DNA of 64,000 nt. Source: Candidatus Poribacteria bacterium. Lineage in GTDB: Bacteria > Poribacteria > WGA-4E > JAJDTR01. Positions 30,379 to 42,437 of this stretch are shown piece by piece. The notes beneath the pieces are model-generated. The model saw only the letters and a program-made list of their open reading frames with translations. It had not been told where the DNA came from and did not search any database. The first letter of the stretch is position 1, and every line of letters starts with the position of its first letter. Location: NCBI GenBank assembly GCA_965222225.1, contig CBDCTK010000002.1:2048001-2112000 (forward strand), in the 5' to 3' direction. The translations under genes and the position numbers were made by a program.

Positions 30379-31095
30379 CTATCTTGCAATCATCTTCCGT
30401 ACCCCATTTTCATACCTCACATCATAATCCCCGTCCGGAATGGGAAGAGCCCGTAAAGCCAATTCCCCATACGTAACCAACGGCTCGGTGACCAATAGCA
30501 ACTCATCCAAAGATTGTTCCGGCGTTTTGTCCGTCGTGTCAATCACGACCATTTTGCGGGTTTTCGTGAATATCGACTTCTCGACCTCTTCCTCGAACCG
30601 CCGCTTGATTTCCGGAATATCCGCCTCATTGATAATCTCGTATTCGTGAGGACTTGCCTTCATTCGTTCACGAATCGCTTCATCGCTCGCCGTGACGTGA
30701 ATCAACACCACGTCCGGCAGATGCATTTCATAGACCTCGGCTTCATACTTCGGCTGGGCAAGATAACCGTAGTTTTCGTAGTACGGGCTGTCGGGGTCTT
30801 TGCCGTAGATTTCGGAGTAGATTGCTTCTTCAATATACCAACCCGAAATCATCGGATTCGTACAATCCCTGATGATTCCAATATGATAGTTAATCTGCAT
30901 GCGCTGCATGCGTTCCTTCACGTCATCTGGGAAATCAAGCATGAGCGCACGTGATTCGGGGCTTAATGTTCGGTCGGGAATCGTGAAATGATCGTCGTCG
31001 TGCGTGGGCAACTTCAACCGATAATAGTATTCGGTCAACAGGTCAATCAGCGTCGATTTTCCGGCATACTCAATACCAACAAAGAAACTTCGCAT
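30379..31095 (-). CDS. P-loop nucleoside/nucleotide kinase-like protein
   Basis: N-terminal Walker A GIEYAGKST, PDVVLIHV, IDTTDKTPEQ (thymidylate-kinase-like fold). Confidence 0.65.
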   Translation of the reverse strand: MRSFFVGIEYAGKSTLIDLLTEYYYRLKLPTHDDDHFTIPDRTLSPESRALMLDFPDDVKERMQRMQINYHIGIIRDCTNPMISGWYIEEAIYSEIYGKDPDSPYYENYGYLAQPKYEAEVYEMHLPDVVLIHVTASDEAIRERMKASPHEYEIINEADIPEIKRRFEEEVEKSIFTKTRKMVVIDTTDKTPEQSLDELLLVTEPLVTYGELALRALPIPDGDYDVRYENGVRKMIAR

Positions 31096-31369
31096 AACCT
31101 AAATTCCTCACTTTCGATTGTTCAGGAAAAACGTCAAGTGTACGGAAAACAGTTTAACACAACGCTGGGTACCTGTAAAGCGTCTCATTCAGGGAATTGC
31201 ATCCGATTGTTGCGGACGCCCCTGCACCGTTCCATAATTATAATTGTAGAGGACGACCCCCGTGCCGTGCCGTGAATCTCGGTACGCAGCCTGAGGTCAA
31301 TGGCCAAAGACGAATTTCGACCAAAGTAAACCATCGTTCCACGTTTCGACAAATTCGTTGTGTGGTGAC

Positions 31370-31565
31370 GTAGGTTGGGTTGAACGGAACTTATGAGAAA
31401 CTACCACTATTACGTTACGATTACTAGGTTCAACTCTGCCTGAAATTTACCCGCACAGTGAAACCCAACTCCTGATAGACTGCGTTGTTTCATTGTGGAG
31501 TTGAGTTTCACCAGCTCCTTACTGTCTTTGATAAGGATTCGCTTTTCAGCACACAACCCCACCTA
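31370..31565. repeat. GTAG-type REP/MITE-like element
   Basis: GTAGGTTGGGTTG ... CAACCCCACCTA ends; internal inverted repeat GTGAAACCCAACTCC / GGAGTTGAGTTTCAC. Confidence 0.65.
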
Positions 31566-31606
31566 ATGAACTTTTTAAACAATTTTTTAATCTTAAGTAG
31601 GTTCTC

Positions 31607-32422
31607 ATGTTAGAAGAACGCCTTCACTCATCGTCCATATTCCGGTTCCAAAATCTTTCTAAGCAGAGTGGGGTAGACCACTTTGTTTCGACCCGCATCG
31701 GCGGATTGAGTCGCCCACCTTACGAATCTCTTAATTTGGGATTTCATGTCGGAGATGACCCTAAAACCGTCCTAACAAATCGTGAACGTCTGGCATCCAA
31801 TATCAAGCTCCCTCTCTTCGATTTTACAGTTGCGAGACAGATTCACAGTGGTACGGTGGCAATCGTGACGGAGCAAATGAGAGGCTGCGGCGCGGCTGAC
31901 CTCAATACGGCAGTTGAAGCGACAGATGGGATGGTAACGGCTGTTCCCCGTCTTTGTCTAGCGGTTCTTTCGGCGGATTGTGTGCCGGTGCTCCTCTTCG
32001 ACCCCCAAACGCGAGTGGTAGGTGCCGTACATGCCGGATGGCGAGGAAGCGTCAAATTGGCAGCTCGGAATACGGTAGAAATCTTAAAGCAAAAATTCAA
32101 CTGCGACCCGGCGGACCTTCTGGTAGGGATTGGCCCCTCCATTGGTCCCTGTCACTACGAAATTGGTCCCGAAGTCATCTCACAAGTTAAGGATACTTTT
32201 GGCGGCACAGATGGCTATATCAGCCACGAGTCGTCCGATGGCAAGGGATATTTCAACCTTTGGGAAGCCAACAAGCGGCAAATCATGGAAGCGGGAATCC
32301 CGCTACAAAATATCGAGGTTGCCCGGATATGCACCTATTGTGACGCACATCTGTTTTTTTCTGCGCGGCACCAAAAAGGAAGGACGGGCAGATTCGGAGC
32401 AGGAATTATGTTGACCGCGTGA
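31607..32422 (+). CDS. pgeF: YfiH/PgeF family peptidoglycan editing factor (purine nucleoside phosphorylase-like)
   Basis: SLNLGFHVGD, QIHS, ADCVPV, HAGWRG, GPSIGPCHYE, CTYC...FFSAR. Confidence 0.92.
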   Translation: MLEERLHSSSIFRFQNLSKQSGVDHFVSTRIGGLSRPPYESLNLGFHVGDDPKTVLTNRERLASNIKLPLFDFTVARQIHSGTVAIVTEQMRGCGAADLNTAVEATDGMVTAVPRLCLAVLSADCVPVLLFDPQTRVVGAVHAGWRGSVKLAARNTVEILKQKFNCDPADLLVGIGPSIGPCHYEIGPEVISQVKDTFGGTDGYISHESSDGKGYFNLWEANKRQIMEAGIPLQNIEVARICTYCDAHLFFSARHQKGRTGRFGAGIMLTA

Positions 32423-32518
32423 ACCAATCAGGAAGGAAAAATTGACCTTTTTCTTGGACAGTGTAATGGTCAGGCAGATGCAAGACACTCATAGCCGTTT
32501 CTCGCAGGGAGTGCTATC

Positions 32519-32724
32519 GATCAACTGAACGAACAGTGCGTGATCAAGGGAATGGATAATGACCGTGATAGAGTTCCCATAGAGATCTTGAGAGCGAATG
32601 CGATAGAGAACCATAAAAAATCCTCCTCCCGACTCAGTCGCTTGATCGGCTTGGATTGCCAAATCCACTGCACAATGTAACCCAAGTTGCTGCCCATTCC
32701 TGTAGGTCGGGCTTCTAGCCCGCC
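32519..32724 (+). repeat. Modular REP-like element (copy 2) plus GTAG hairpin
   Basis: GATCAACTGAACG, GATCAAGGGAA and CCCATAGAGA shared with 44840-44952; GTAGGTCGGGCTTCTAGCCCGCC at 32702. Confidence 0.6.
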
Positions 32725-35700
32725 CCGCCAGCGGGATAATGAGCAAGAATGCCTTACAACACCCGATAAAAAACGCAAAACCCACAATTTCCAATAGGTT
32801 GTAACTTTCGTTAAATTATAATTTACTAAGCTGCGTAACTCTAGTATAATCAAAACGCAATCTAAAATTTCTACCTCTGGGTAAGGAGATCACACAAAAC
32901 TTGCAGACACCCCTACAAAAACTACAAAAACTCCTCCAACAACTCTTCCGTGCAGATGACGCAGACCTTGACTTCGGCATCTATCGCATTCTTAACTATC
33001 GACGCGACCAAATCCAGAAATTCATTGACGTGGAACTTCCTTCGATCATCGACGATGCCCTCGACGAAAACACCGAGATCGAATCCGCACTTGAAGAGCT
33101 TAAGGAATTGGAGAAGCGAGTCAAAGAGGCCTTTGGTGATGACGTATTAGATGCAGATGGCAAACTCATTGACGTAACTATAAAAACACGTCCTTTAGTT
33201 AACCAATATCTTGAAGCACAAGAGCGGTATGGTTCCCCACAATCGCGAGACCAGCGCGAAGATACTGTCTATAACCACCTTTACACGTTCTTCTCCCGTT
33301 ACTACGACAATGGTGACTTCATTCCGCGTCGACGCTACTCCCAAACCGAACGGTACGCCATTCCATACAATACAATGGCGAAGAGGTCCACCTCCACTGG
33401 GCAAATCGAGACCAGTATTATGTCAAGAGTGGCGAGCATTTTTCCATTCATAAGTTCAAATCCCAAGGCATCACCGTCACCTTCAAGCTCCGCAGCATAG
33501 ATATTGAGACAGACAACATCCAAGGCGCGAAACGCTTTTTCATTCCCTTATCTGCCGAGACAAGATATTCACCAGAAACCGATGAAATTTGTATCCCCTT
33601 TGAATACCGCCCCTTCACCGCAGAAGAGCAGTTGCTCTACGGTAACCGAGACCAACAAAATACAATTATTGATGCATCCGAACGAGAGATCATGGCGTGC
33701 TTAACCAACCACTATAATGCTCTGTCCGCGTTAGATCGCCAAGCAGAAGGCGTAACCACCCTTAAGAAACATCTCCGTACCTACACACGGCGCAACACCG
33801 CAGACTTCTTCATCCACAAAAACCTCAAGCCGTTCCTCAACCGCGAACTTGATGTCTATATCAAAAACGAAGTTATCCCGTTATCTATCTTCATTTTTAC
33901 AAATGTGGGAGACGAGAATTTAACCAATAGTAATAATTGGCTTGAAACGGCGAAACTCGTTCACCGTATCGCCACCCAAATCATTGACTTTCTCTCCCAA
34001 ATCGAAGAATCTCAGAAACGCGTTTGGCTCAAAAAGAAATTCGTCCTTTCGACTGACTACTGTCTCACCCTTGACCGGGTCCCAAAAAAACTCTACCCCG
34101 CTATCGCACAGAACACTGCCCAGCGTGAGGAGTGGAAACATCTTTTTGCTATCCACGAAATAGATGGCGATCTCGTGGACTCCGCCTATGGTGAACCGCT
34201 CTCCGTTGACTTCCTCAAAGAGAATCCAAATCTCGTTCTTGATACTCGTCACTTTGATACGGCTTTCAAAGATTGTCTTTTGGCACATTTTGACAATCTG
34301 GATAACGAGACAGACGGTTTGTTAATTCACGGAGAGAACTTCCAATCGTTAAATCTACTTGCAGAAAGATACTGGGAATCGATAGAATGTATTCACATCG
34401 ATCCTCCTTACAATACTGATACAAGTGGTTTCCTTTACAAGAACACCTATCGGTCTTCTAGTTGGTTAACGATGATGGCAGATCGATTGCTCCTCGCCGA
34501 TCAGTTAATGGCGCCGAATAGTTGTATTCTTTCCCGTATTGATGAAAACGAGTATGAGAATCTGTTTCAGATCTTTAACACCCTACCGCTGGAAAATCAA
34601 GGGACCATTGTCTGGGACAAAAGGAATCCTGTTTTTGGAACAAATACAATAGCCACTCAACACGAATATATTGTCTGCCACTCCAAGGGCAACATTAAAC
34701 TTAAAGCTCGTTCAATTAACCGCAAATCAATTCTCAGGCAGGCTGCATCCCTGATAAAAAAGCACGACGGTGTCACATCAGAATGCCGCAAAGAATTTAG
34801 TGCATGGATGAAATACAAGCCTGAACTCAGTGGAGGGGAGCGAGCTTATGCAAAACTTGACGAGGAGGGACAGGTTTTTTCAGAAGTAAGCCTAGAAGCC
34901 CCGGCCCTACTTACCGATCCTAAATTCCACGAACCGTTAATCCATCCTGATACCTGCAAACCATGTCCTGTTCCACAAAATGGATGGAGTAGAACTCCGG
35001 AAAATATGCAGAAATTTTTGGAGGAAGGCCGTATAATTTTCGGCCCTAATGAGATCAAACAACCTCGACTCAAGATTCATTTGAAAAACTATCTCGTTGG
35101 AGAATTGTCGTCTGTGATTGCTTCAGGCTCGAGGGGTAAAACGCAAATGGATGCACTAGGATTAAATTTTCCTTACTGTCATCCTGTTGGGTTGTATGAG
35201 GAACTTGTGTGGTCCCTTACGCCGGAACGCAAGGGAATTACTCTCGACTTCTTTGCAGGCAGTGGCACTAATGCCCATGCCGTTATAAACCTTAATCGCA
35301 AAGATAACGGTAACCGCAAATACATCCTCATTGAGATGGCAGACTATTTCGACACCGTCCTCAAACCGCGCCTCATGAAAGCCGTCTACGCGGAAAAATG
35401 GAGAGATGCCAAGCCCGTCTCTCGTGAGAGTCGCCTCTCTCACATAATCAAATACCAGCGTATTGAATCCTATGAAGATGCACTCAACAACATTGAATTT
35501 ACTGAACGTGAAAATTTGCTCTTTGAGGAAAATCTGCTTAGCTACCTTTTGGGAGGCGAAACCCGCGAAAGTCCAACGTTCTTGAACGTTGCTGAACTCC
35601 AAAATCCGTTCAGCTATCAACTCAAAATCGTTCACGGACTCCAAACTCAAACACAGACCGTAGATCTACCCGAAACCTTCAACTACCTCCTCGGGGTCTC

Positions 35701-35888
35701 AGTCCAAACTCGCCAATGTTTCTATGATGACGATAGACGCTACCTCGTCTACCACGGCGCCATCGGACAAAAACACGTCGTCATTATCTGGCGCGAGACC
35801 AAGGGCTGGGACGAACAAGATTGGGAACGAGATTACCGCTTCATTGAGAAAAACAATCTAACCGAAGGTGCATCCGAAGTCTATGTTA

Positions 35889-37048
35889 TACTTCACGCTG
35901 CCGGAAGTTGCGTTTTTTGAACAGTCTGGAAACGTAGCGTAAGTAATGTTGCCAATTCCGATTTGTAGGTGGTGTGAGTCTGATTGAGGCAATCGGTAAT
36001 CGCACGCTTGAAATCGGAAAATTCGGCATAATACTTTGAGTAAAGGCATTTTTTCTTGACGAATTTCCAGAGCCGTTCAATCAGATTTAAGTTGGGAGAA
36101 TATGGTGGAAGATAAAGGAACTCAATAGTGAGTTTCTCAGCTAACTCCCGGACGATTGGGCACTTTTGATATCTGGCATTATCTAAAACCAATGTAATCG
36201 GCATCTCACCTGCCGACTTTGCAATACGCACTAACAAATCACAGACGGTTTGCGCATTGATGTAAGTATCGTTTTGTACCGCTATCAGTTCGTGTGTCAC
36301 GGCATTCAAGGCACCCAAAACGTTAAATCGCTTTCTGCCGGCGGGGGCTTTGATGAACACACGAGTGAACGGCCAGAGAAATCCTAAAAAGGGAGCTAAG
36401 ACAAAATGGGCGGCATCAACGAAAAAGACGGTTCTCAGACCAGCAGCAGCTTGGTCCAGACGCGGTTGCAACTCTTTTTTTAAAGTCCTCCTGTGCCTCG
36501 ACATCGGCTTCGGCTGGTATATGCCCCACTTTCCGGTACTCAATGCCTATGTTTTTGAAAAACGCACGCACACGACTTTCACTGCGTTGAATACCGGTGA
36601 GTTCGTAGATTTTTGCCGCTGCTTCTTTAATTGTAGCTGCTGGATTTGTCCGAAAATAGTCTTCAATTGTGGTTTGATGTGCCAACAGTTCACTTTCCTG
36701 TGGGCAGTAATTGAGCTGTTTGAGTGCGTCAATGCCGCCAGTTTGGTAGTGGCACAGGTAAGCCCGCAACGTGTTAGGCGAAATACCGGCTAGACGAGTG
36801 ATTTGACTATGTGGCAAGCCTTGGTGTTTGAGCCAAAGCGCCTCCATCTTTCGCTGCACCCTCGGATGAGGATGGTGATAACGTTCATAATCGAGCGCTT
36901 CAATGTCTTCTTCAGTAAAGTCAATAGCAATCATAGGATTTGCTCGTCAAAAACTAAGAAGGCTATGTTAAATCCACAAACACAATTTATTCACATTATA
37001 AGCGATTGTTGCCCAGAAGACAAGCGTAATATTAACCGATGCGGGGTA
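35889..37048 (-). mobile_element. IS630-family insertion sequence with TA target duplication
   Basis: TA at 35887-35888 and 37049-37050; removing the element restores mod ...EVYVNTDS. Confidence 0.9.
35893..36934 (-). CDS. IS630 transposase, two ORFs joined by a probable -1 frameshift at A7G (36474-36481)
   Basis: HTH ORF 36416-36934 plus DDE ORF (FVDAAHF, LDNARYQ, LPPYSPNLNLIERLW); slippery TTTAAAAAAAG. Confidence 0.88.
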
Positions 37049-40000
37049 TAACACGGATAGCATTGTCTCAGAGGCAAAACCTTTAGATCCACTCTTCAAA
37101 CGATTGATGTTCATGCAATAAAATCTGCAGCAACTGTGCAATTCGTCTAATCCGCGATCTATCTATAGAGTAAGTCAATCTTGTCAAAGGACAAGGCCTA
37201 TGCCCAACAATTCACAACGCCAACTTGATAACCATCTCACGCTCCACGCATGGCTTAACAGCCACTTTGGATATAAAACCACGCGCGACCTCCTTAACGA
37301 CGCGGATACAGTGGGTGAGGGATTCAACCCAGACGGCCACTCCCCAATCTGCGAATTTCTCATATCCTGTTCAGAGCCAAGCTCTGCGATTGAAGCAGCA
37401 CTCCCAACTTACGATACAAATATCAAACGACACCTAGCCGCTATAAACAACAAACGTACGCAGCCGATTGTCCTCCGCTATTTCCAATACCTCGCTCTGC
37501 TTTACGCGGAGATTTTCTTGGATTGGAAATTCAACAGGCCGGGAGAATTCCTGCGTCAACTCAATGATTTCGTCCAACGCCGAAACGATGCGAGAGCCCC
37601 GGGCGATGCCACGGATTCTCTCTTTGAAGCCCAGGATCTCGAAAAACTTGCCTTCTGGATGGCAACCGGCGCAGGCAAAACGCTAATCATGCACATCAAC
37701 TATCACCAATACCTTCACTACTGCAAAGAGGCGTTAGACCATATTGTTCTGATTACACCCAACGAGGGCTTGAGTGAACAACACCTTCACGAACTTGCAA
37801 ACTCCGACATTTGGTGTGAACGCTTCAATATTGAAGGCAATCGCCCCACACGTGCCCACAACGCAATGCAGGTAATCGAAATTACAAAGTTAGTGGAAGT
37901 AAAGACAAGTGGAGGTGTGAGCGTTCCAGTTGAAGCATTCGGAGGAAACAACCTGATTTTTGTCGACGAAGGACACAAAGGCAGTGGTGGTAAAGCTTGG
38001 CGCGAGTATCGCGAGAAAATCGCCGAAACCGGATTCACCTTTGAATATAGCGCGACTTTTGGGCAAGCACTCGCTGCCGCCAACAATGCAGACCTCGTTG
38101 AGGAATACGGAAAAGCCATCGCTTTTGACTACTCCTACCGATACTTCTACGGCGATGGATACGGTAAGAACTTCCGAATCCTTAACGTCCGCGACGACGA
38201 AGAAACTCAAGTTGAGACACTCCTCATGGGTAATCTCCTTAGCTTCTATCAACAGCGACGCTATTTTACCCAAAACAGTGATGCGGTGCGTGTCTACGGC
38301 TTGGACCCACCACTATGGGCATTCGTTGGCAGTAAAGTCAACGCTGTGTATACTGAAAATCACCGCAATCGCTCCGACGTGCTTAACGTCATCCGCTTTC
38401 TACACAGGTTTCTAAAAAATGAAGGCAGTTCGGCAGTTCATACTATTGAGCGAATTCTCAACGGTGAATCTGGTTTGTCTGATGAAAGTGGCAGGGATGT
38501 CTTCTATAGCCGGCTCAACTATCTGAAAGAGTTTAACGAAACGCCCGTCCAAATGTACACGAACATCCTCAACGAGGTATTTCACACCAATACAAGCGCT
38601 GCACTGCATCTATGCGATGTCCGCAACGCGCAAGGTGAAATCGGGTTGAAAACTACCAGTGGTAGTGATTACTTTGGGGTTATCTACATCGGCGACACTC
38701 CTGCCTTCAAAAAACTGGTTGAAAGCGACGATGCGGGCACCCTCATCGAACCCGACGATGTCGTCACCGAAAGCTTGTTCAACGACATCAACAGCCCTGC
38801 CAGTCCCATCAATATCCTCATCGGTGCGAAAAAGTTCATTGAGGGGTGGGATAGTTGGCGTGTCACCGCCATGGGACTGCTCAACATCGGCAGACAGGAG
38901 GGTTCCCAGATTATTCAATTGTTCGGTAGAGGTGTCCGCCTACGGGGCAAAGACATGAGCCTTAAACGTAGTGCAGCCCTTGACGGTGAGCATCCGCGCA
39001 ATCTTCCCCTATTGGAAACGCTCAACATTTTTGCTGTCCGCGCCAACTTCATGGAAAGATTCCGAGACTACCTCACGCGCGAAGGTGTTCCAACCGATGA
39101 ACCTGTCCAATTGACATTGCGAATCAGACCCAACGCAGAGCACCTTGCGAACCGTCTCTATGTTCCATCAGTCGCCCCCTATCACCGAGCAGCCAAAGGA
39201 CAATGTGTATCCCTTACGTGATGCCAGACGCGGTTGTCACTCATACCGCCCAAAGGGTTGACATTATCGGGAGCAGTTCACAGAGAGGTGTTCAAAGTGA
39301 ACATGCGGAAGCTACACACCAAATGCAGATTCCAGAGTCAAGCTTGGAGTTGATAGACTGGGAAAAAATCTATCTTCAACTTCTTGAGTACAAACAAGAA
39401 AAACGATTTCACAATCTCATTTTTGATACCCAGGTTCTCAAACGGATCCTCAGTCCAAACGAGGAATTGTATAAACTCTCTGTCATGAAGGAATCTGAGG
39501 TCGTTCCAACATCACTAGCGGAACTTAACCGCCTAGAGGAGTTAGTGTTAATACTCCTCTGTAAATATATCGCTAAGTTCTACAGCAACATTCAGAAACG
39601 GTGGACCAAAGAAAGAGTGCGGCTAAAACAGTTACATGAAGAAGATTCTAACTTTACAAATTGGAGCGTTTACATTCCACGAACCGAAGCGGAGGAATTT
39701 GAACCACGTGTTAGGCATCTCATGGAGAGCGGCAAAATATATGAATCCGGGTTAACTTCCCTGTCCGAAGATTATGACATCGGTACTGTTTATAATGACC
39801 GACATCTCTATCAACCGCTTTTCACCATAGACACGGTGGACACAGCGTGGCGCACGACACCACCTGCCTTACAAGGAAGCGAGAAGCACTTCGTTGAGGA
39901 CCTGCGTAGTTACATTTGCCAACAGAATTCCACGTCTCTCACATCAAAGACAATATTCTTCTTGCGCAATCAGAATCGCGGTAGAGGAATCGGCTTCTAT

Positions 40001-40202
40001 CAAAACGAAGGCTTCTATCCCGACTTCATCCTCTGGATTATCGGAGACGCGAAACAGCGTATCGTTTTCATTGAACCCCACGGCATGGTGCATGAAGCTA
40101 TCAATAACTACAACGACAAAATCTCTCTCTACGAAATGCTCTACGAACTCTCTGAGAAACAACGCGTTCAAGACAGAAGTGTGCACATGGATTCCTATAT
40201 AA

Positions 40203-41246
40203 TAGGAGTTACGCAGTTGAGTGAAAATAGGTTATAATTTGAGTATGAATCCCCCTAAATATACTGACACTGACTATATTGATTTCTTGGTAGCCGCTCA
40301 GAAAAGTTACAGTTGTCTTGAATCGGAAAAAGTTCAACCCCAAGCTGATAATCCTCCGGCTCACGATTCGATAACACGGCTCTTGCATCGAGAGGAACCC
40401 GATACTGGCAAACTGTGGCAAGAATCGAGAAATCAGGTGAAATTAGAATCCGGAATTTTAGTTATAGATGACTCGACTCTGGATAAACCTTATTCACAAA
40501 AGATTGAACTCGTGACAAAACACTGGTCAGGGAAACACCACCGAGTTGTGAATGGGATTAACTTGGTCACTTTGCTCTGGACGGATGGCGATAGACATAT
40601 TCCGTGTGATTATCGAATCTATGATAAAGCCAAAGACGGCTTGACGAAGAATGAGCATTTCCGCGCCATGCTTGAAGAAGCGAAAACACGCGGTTTTGCT
40701 CCTGAATGTGTGTGTTTTGATAGTTGGTATGCCAGTCTAAAGAATCTAAAAGCGGTGCGAGGTCATGGTTGGAAGTGGCTTACTCGTCTAGCTGCCAACC
40801 GACTTGTCAGTAAAGATTATTCCGGTAACCGTCCGGTGAGTACGCTTCCGAGTGAATCAACAGGTACAATTGTCCATCTCAAAGGCTATGGATTGATTCG
40901 AGTATTTAAGGTTGACACTCCAGAAGGTGACATTGAATATTGGGCAACGAATGATTTACAGATGGACGAATTGACGCGTCTCAAATATGCCGAATGGTCT
41001 TGGACAATAGAAGAATATCATCGCGGGATTAAGCAATTTGTTGGCATTGAACGCGCACAAGTGCGCTCTGCTCGCACTCAAAGAAATCATATCGGTTTAG
41101 CGCTGAGAGCCTTTCTGAGAATTGAGCACTATTGCTATCATACCGGTATCAGTTGGTTTGATGCAAAACTCTCTATTGTCAGAGATGCGGTACGGGCTTA
41201 TTTGGCACAACCTCTTTATACGCTTCAGCCAACTGCGTAACTCCTA
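40203..41246 (+). mobile_element. IS701-family insertion sequence, 1044 bp
   Basis: Perfect 17-bp TIR TAGGAGTTACGCAGTTG / CAACTGCGTAACTCCTA; 5-bp TSD TATAA (40198-40202, 41247-41251). Confidence 0.93.
40245..41240 (+). CDS. IS701-family DDE transposase
   Basis: AHDSITRLL, IDDSTLDKPYS, FDSWYAS, WTIEEYHRGIKQ. Confidence 0.92.
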   Translation: MNPPKYTDTDYIDFLVAAQKSYSCLESEKVQPQADNPPAHDSITRLLHREEPDTGKLWQESRNQVKLESGILVIDDSTLDKPYSQKIELVTKHWSGKHHRVVNGINLVTLLWTDGDRHIPCDYRIYDKAKDGLTKNEHFRAMLEEAKTRGFAPECVCFDSWYASLKNLKAVRGHGWKWLTRLAANRLVSKDYSGNRPVSTLPSESTGTIVHLKGYGLIRVFKVDTPEGDIEYWATNDLQMDELTRLKYAEWSWTIEEYHRGIKQFVGIERAQVRSARTQRNHIGLALRAFLRIEHYCYHTGISWFDAKLSIVRDAVRAYLAQPLYTLQPTA

Positions 41247-41540
41247 TATAATCTCGACAACTGATTTCGCGACACTTCGACAAAAGCATCGTGATAAGAA
41301 TAAACAGGATTTTGAAGCCCTGCACATCCTCTTTCGTAATCCTACCGACCCCAGCTACCTCTTCCCAATATTCCAAGGGACTCCCTGAGAAAACGAATAG
41401 GTGGCATTCCTGTTGGCAAGATTGCATGAACTTGAATGAATAGTTGATAATTTCGGATTGAACAACGGCCAAGTTCTTACGCGTTCCACTGCTTTCACCG
41501 TCCATTTGTTCCTTATGGATTTTTCCCTTTTCGCGTCTTA

Positions 41541-41575
41541 CCCATCCTTCCGCCCTTCCCGTCTTCCATTCTTCC
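41541..41575. repeat. Degenerate ~8-mer pyrimidine tandem repeat (CCATCCTT/CCGCCCTT/CCGTCTT/CCATTCTT)
   Basis: Seen directly in intergenic DNA. Confidence 0.45.
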
Positions 41576-41797
41576 TCCCTTCCCCTCACCACTTCACCGC
41601 CTCTCTAGCACCACCGGTTACTCTATTCCGGCATTTTCCACTTGACACTAATCCCCTTTTCGATTTAGGATGGATCGGCTCTCCACACGAAGTCCGTTGT
41701 TGGTATACAGACTGTTTATAACGCTATATTCACTACGGCAGATCCACCCTCGCTAATCTTGACGCGGTCCAAACGGTTCCCCGGAGGTAAGTGCACA

Positions 41798-42367
41798 ATG
41801 GCAGACAAGAAAGAATACAAGGTTATTGGCACCCGTCCTATCCGACATGACGGTGTTGACAAAGTAACCGGTCGCGCCCTCTACGGGGCGGATTTTCAGG
41901 CGGTTGGACTGTTGCACGGCAGAGTGTTGCGAAGCCCGCACGCCCATGCGCGGATTAAATCAATTGAAACCAGTCGAGCGGAAGCCTATCCCTGCGTGAA
42001 GGCGGTGGTGACGGCGAAGGATTTCCCGAAGTGGGGGACACGATAGCCAATCTTGGAGTGGGCGCCGTTCACCTGCAAGATCTCCTAGATAACGTGCTGG
42101 CAGGGGTGAAAGCGCTATACAAGGGACACCAGGTCGCCGCGGTTACGGCGATCAACCCGCATGTTGCCGATGATCGACGCGGTAATCGTTGAAGTGCCGA
42201 ATCCCGGTCATCCCTACGGCGTGAGGGGTGTTGGCGAAACGCCGATTGTTGCCCCGCCTGCCGCCATTGCAAACGCCATCTACCGAGCCATCGGGGTTCG
42301 GATGAAAGAATTGCCAATGTCCCCGGTCGTATCCTCAAGGCATTGGGGAAAATATAAAGCCGTTTGA
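41798..42367 (+). pseudogene. Xanthine/CO dehydrogenase-family Mo-binding subunit with a large internal deletion
   Basis: N-terminal DKVTGRALYGAD..LRSPHAHARI joined to C-terminal GVRGVGETPIVAPPAAIANAIY; frameshifts. Confidence 0.85.
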
Positions 42368-42437
42368 ATCTTGCAAATAGGGTTGCAACAACCAACCTCA
42401 TCGCAATACCTCTTAACCAAACCAAGGGATTAAAACC

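Larger units (their letters stand above)
32901..37121 (+). pseudogene. mod: Type III restriction-modification methyltransferase (Mod), frameshifted and IS630-interrupted
   Basis: DLDFGIYRI, PYN/GEEVHLHWANRDQYY, IDPPY, DFFAGSGT; TACAA duplication at 33366-33375; C-terminus NTDSIV...KRLMFMQ resumes at 37051. Confidence 0.9.
37200..41388 (+). pseudogene. res: Type III restriction endonuclease (Res), frameshifted near 39220 and IS701-interrupted
   Basis: MATGAGKT, VDEGH, KKFIEGWD, QLFGRGVRL, FYPDFILW..FIEPHG; C-terminus ISTTDF...FQGTP resumes after the IS. Confidence 0.9.

Noticed and set aside
39219-39221. TGA in res as selenocysteine
   Set aside because: Homology continues in a different frame, so this is a frameshift; no redox motif is present
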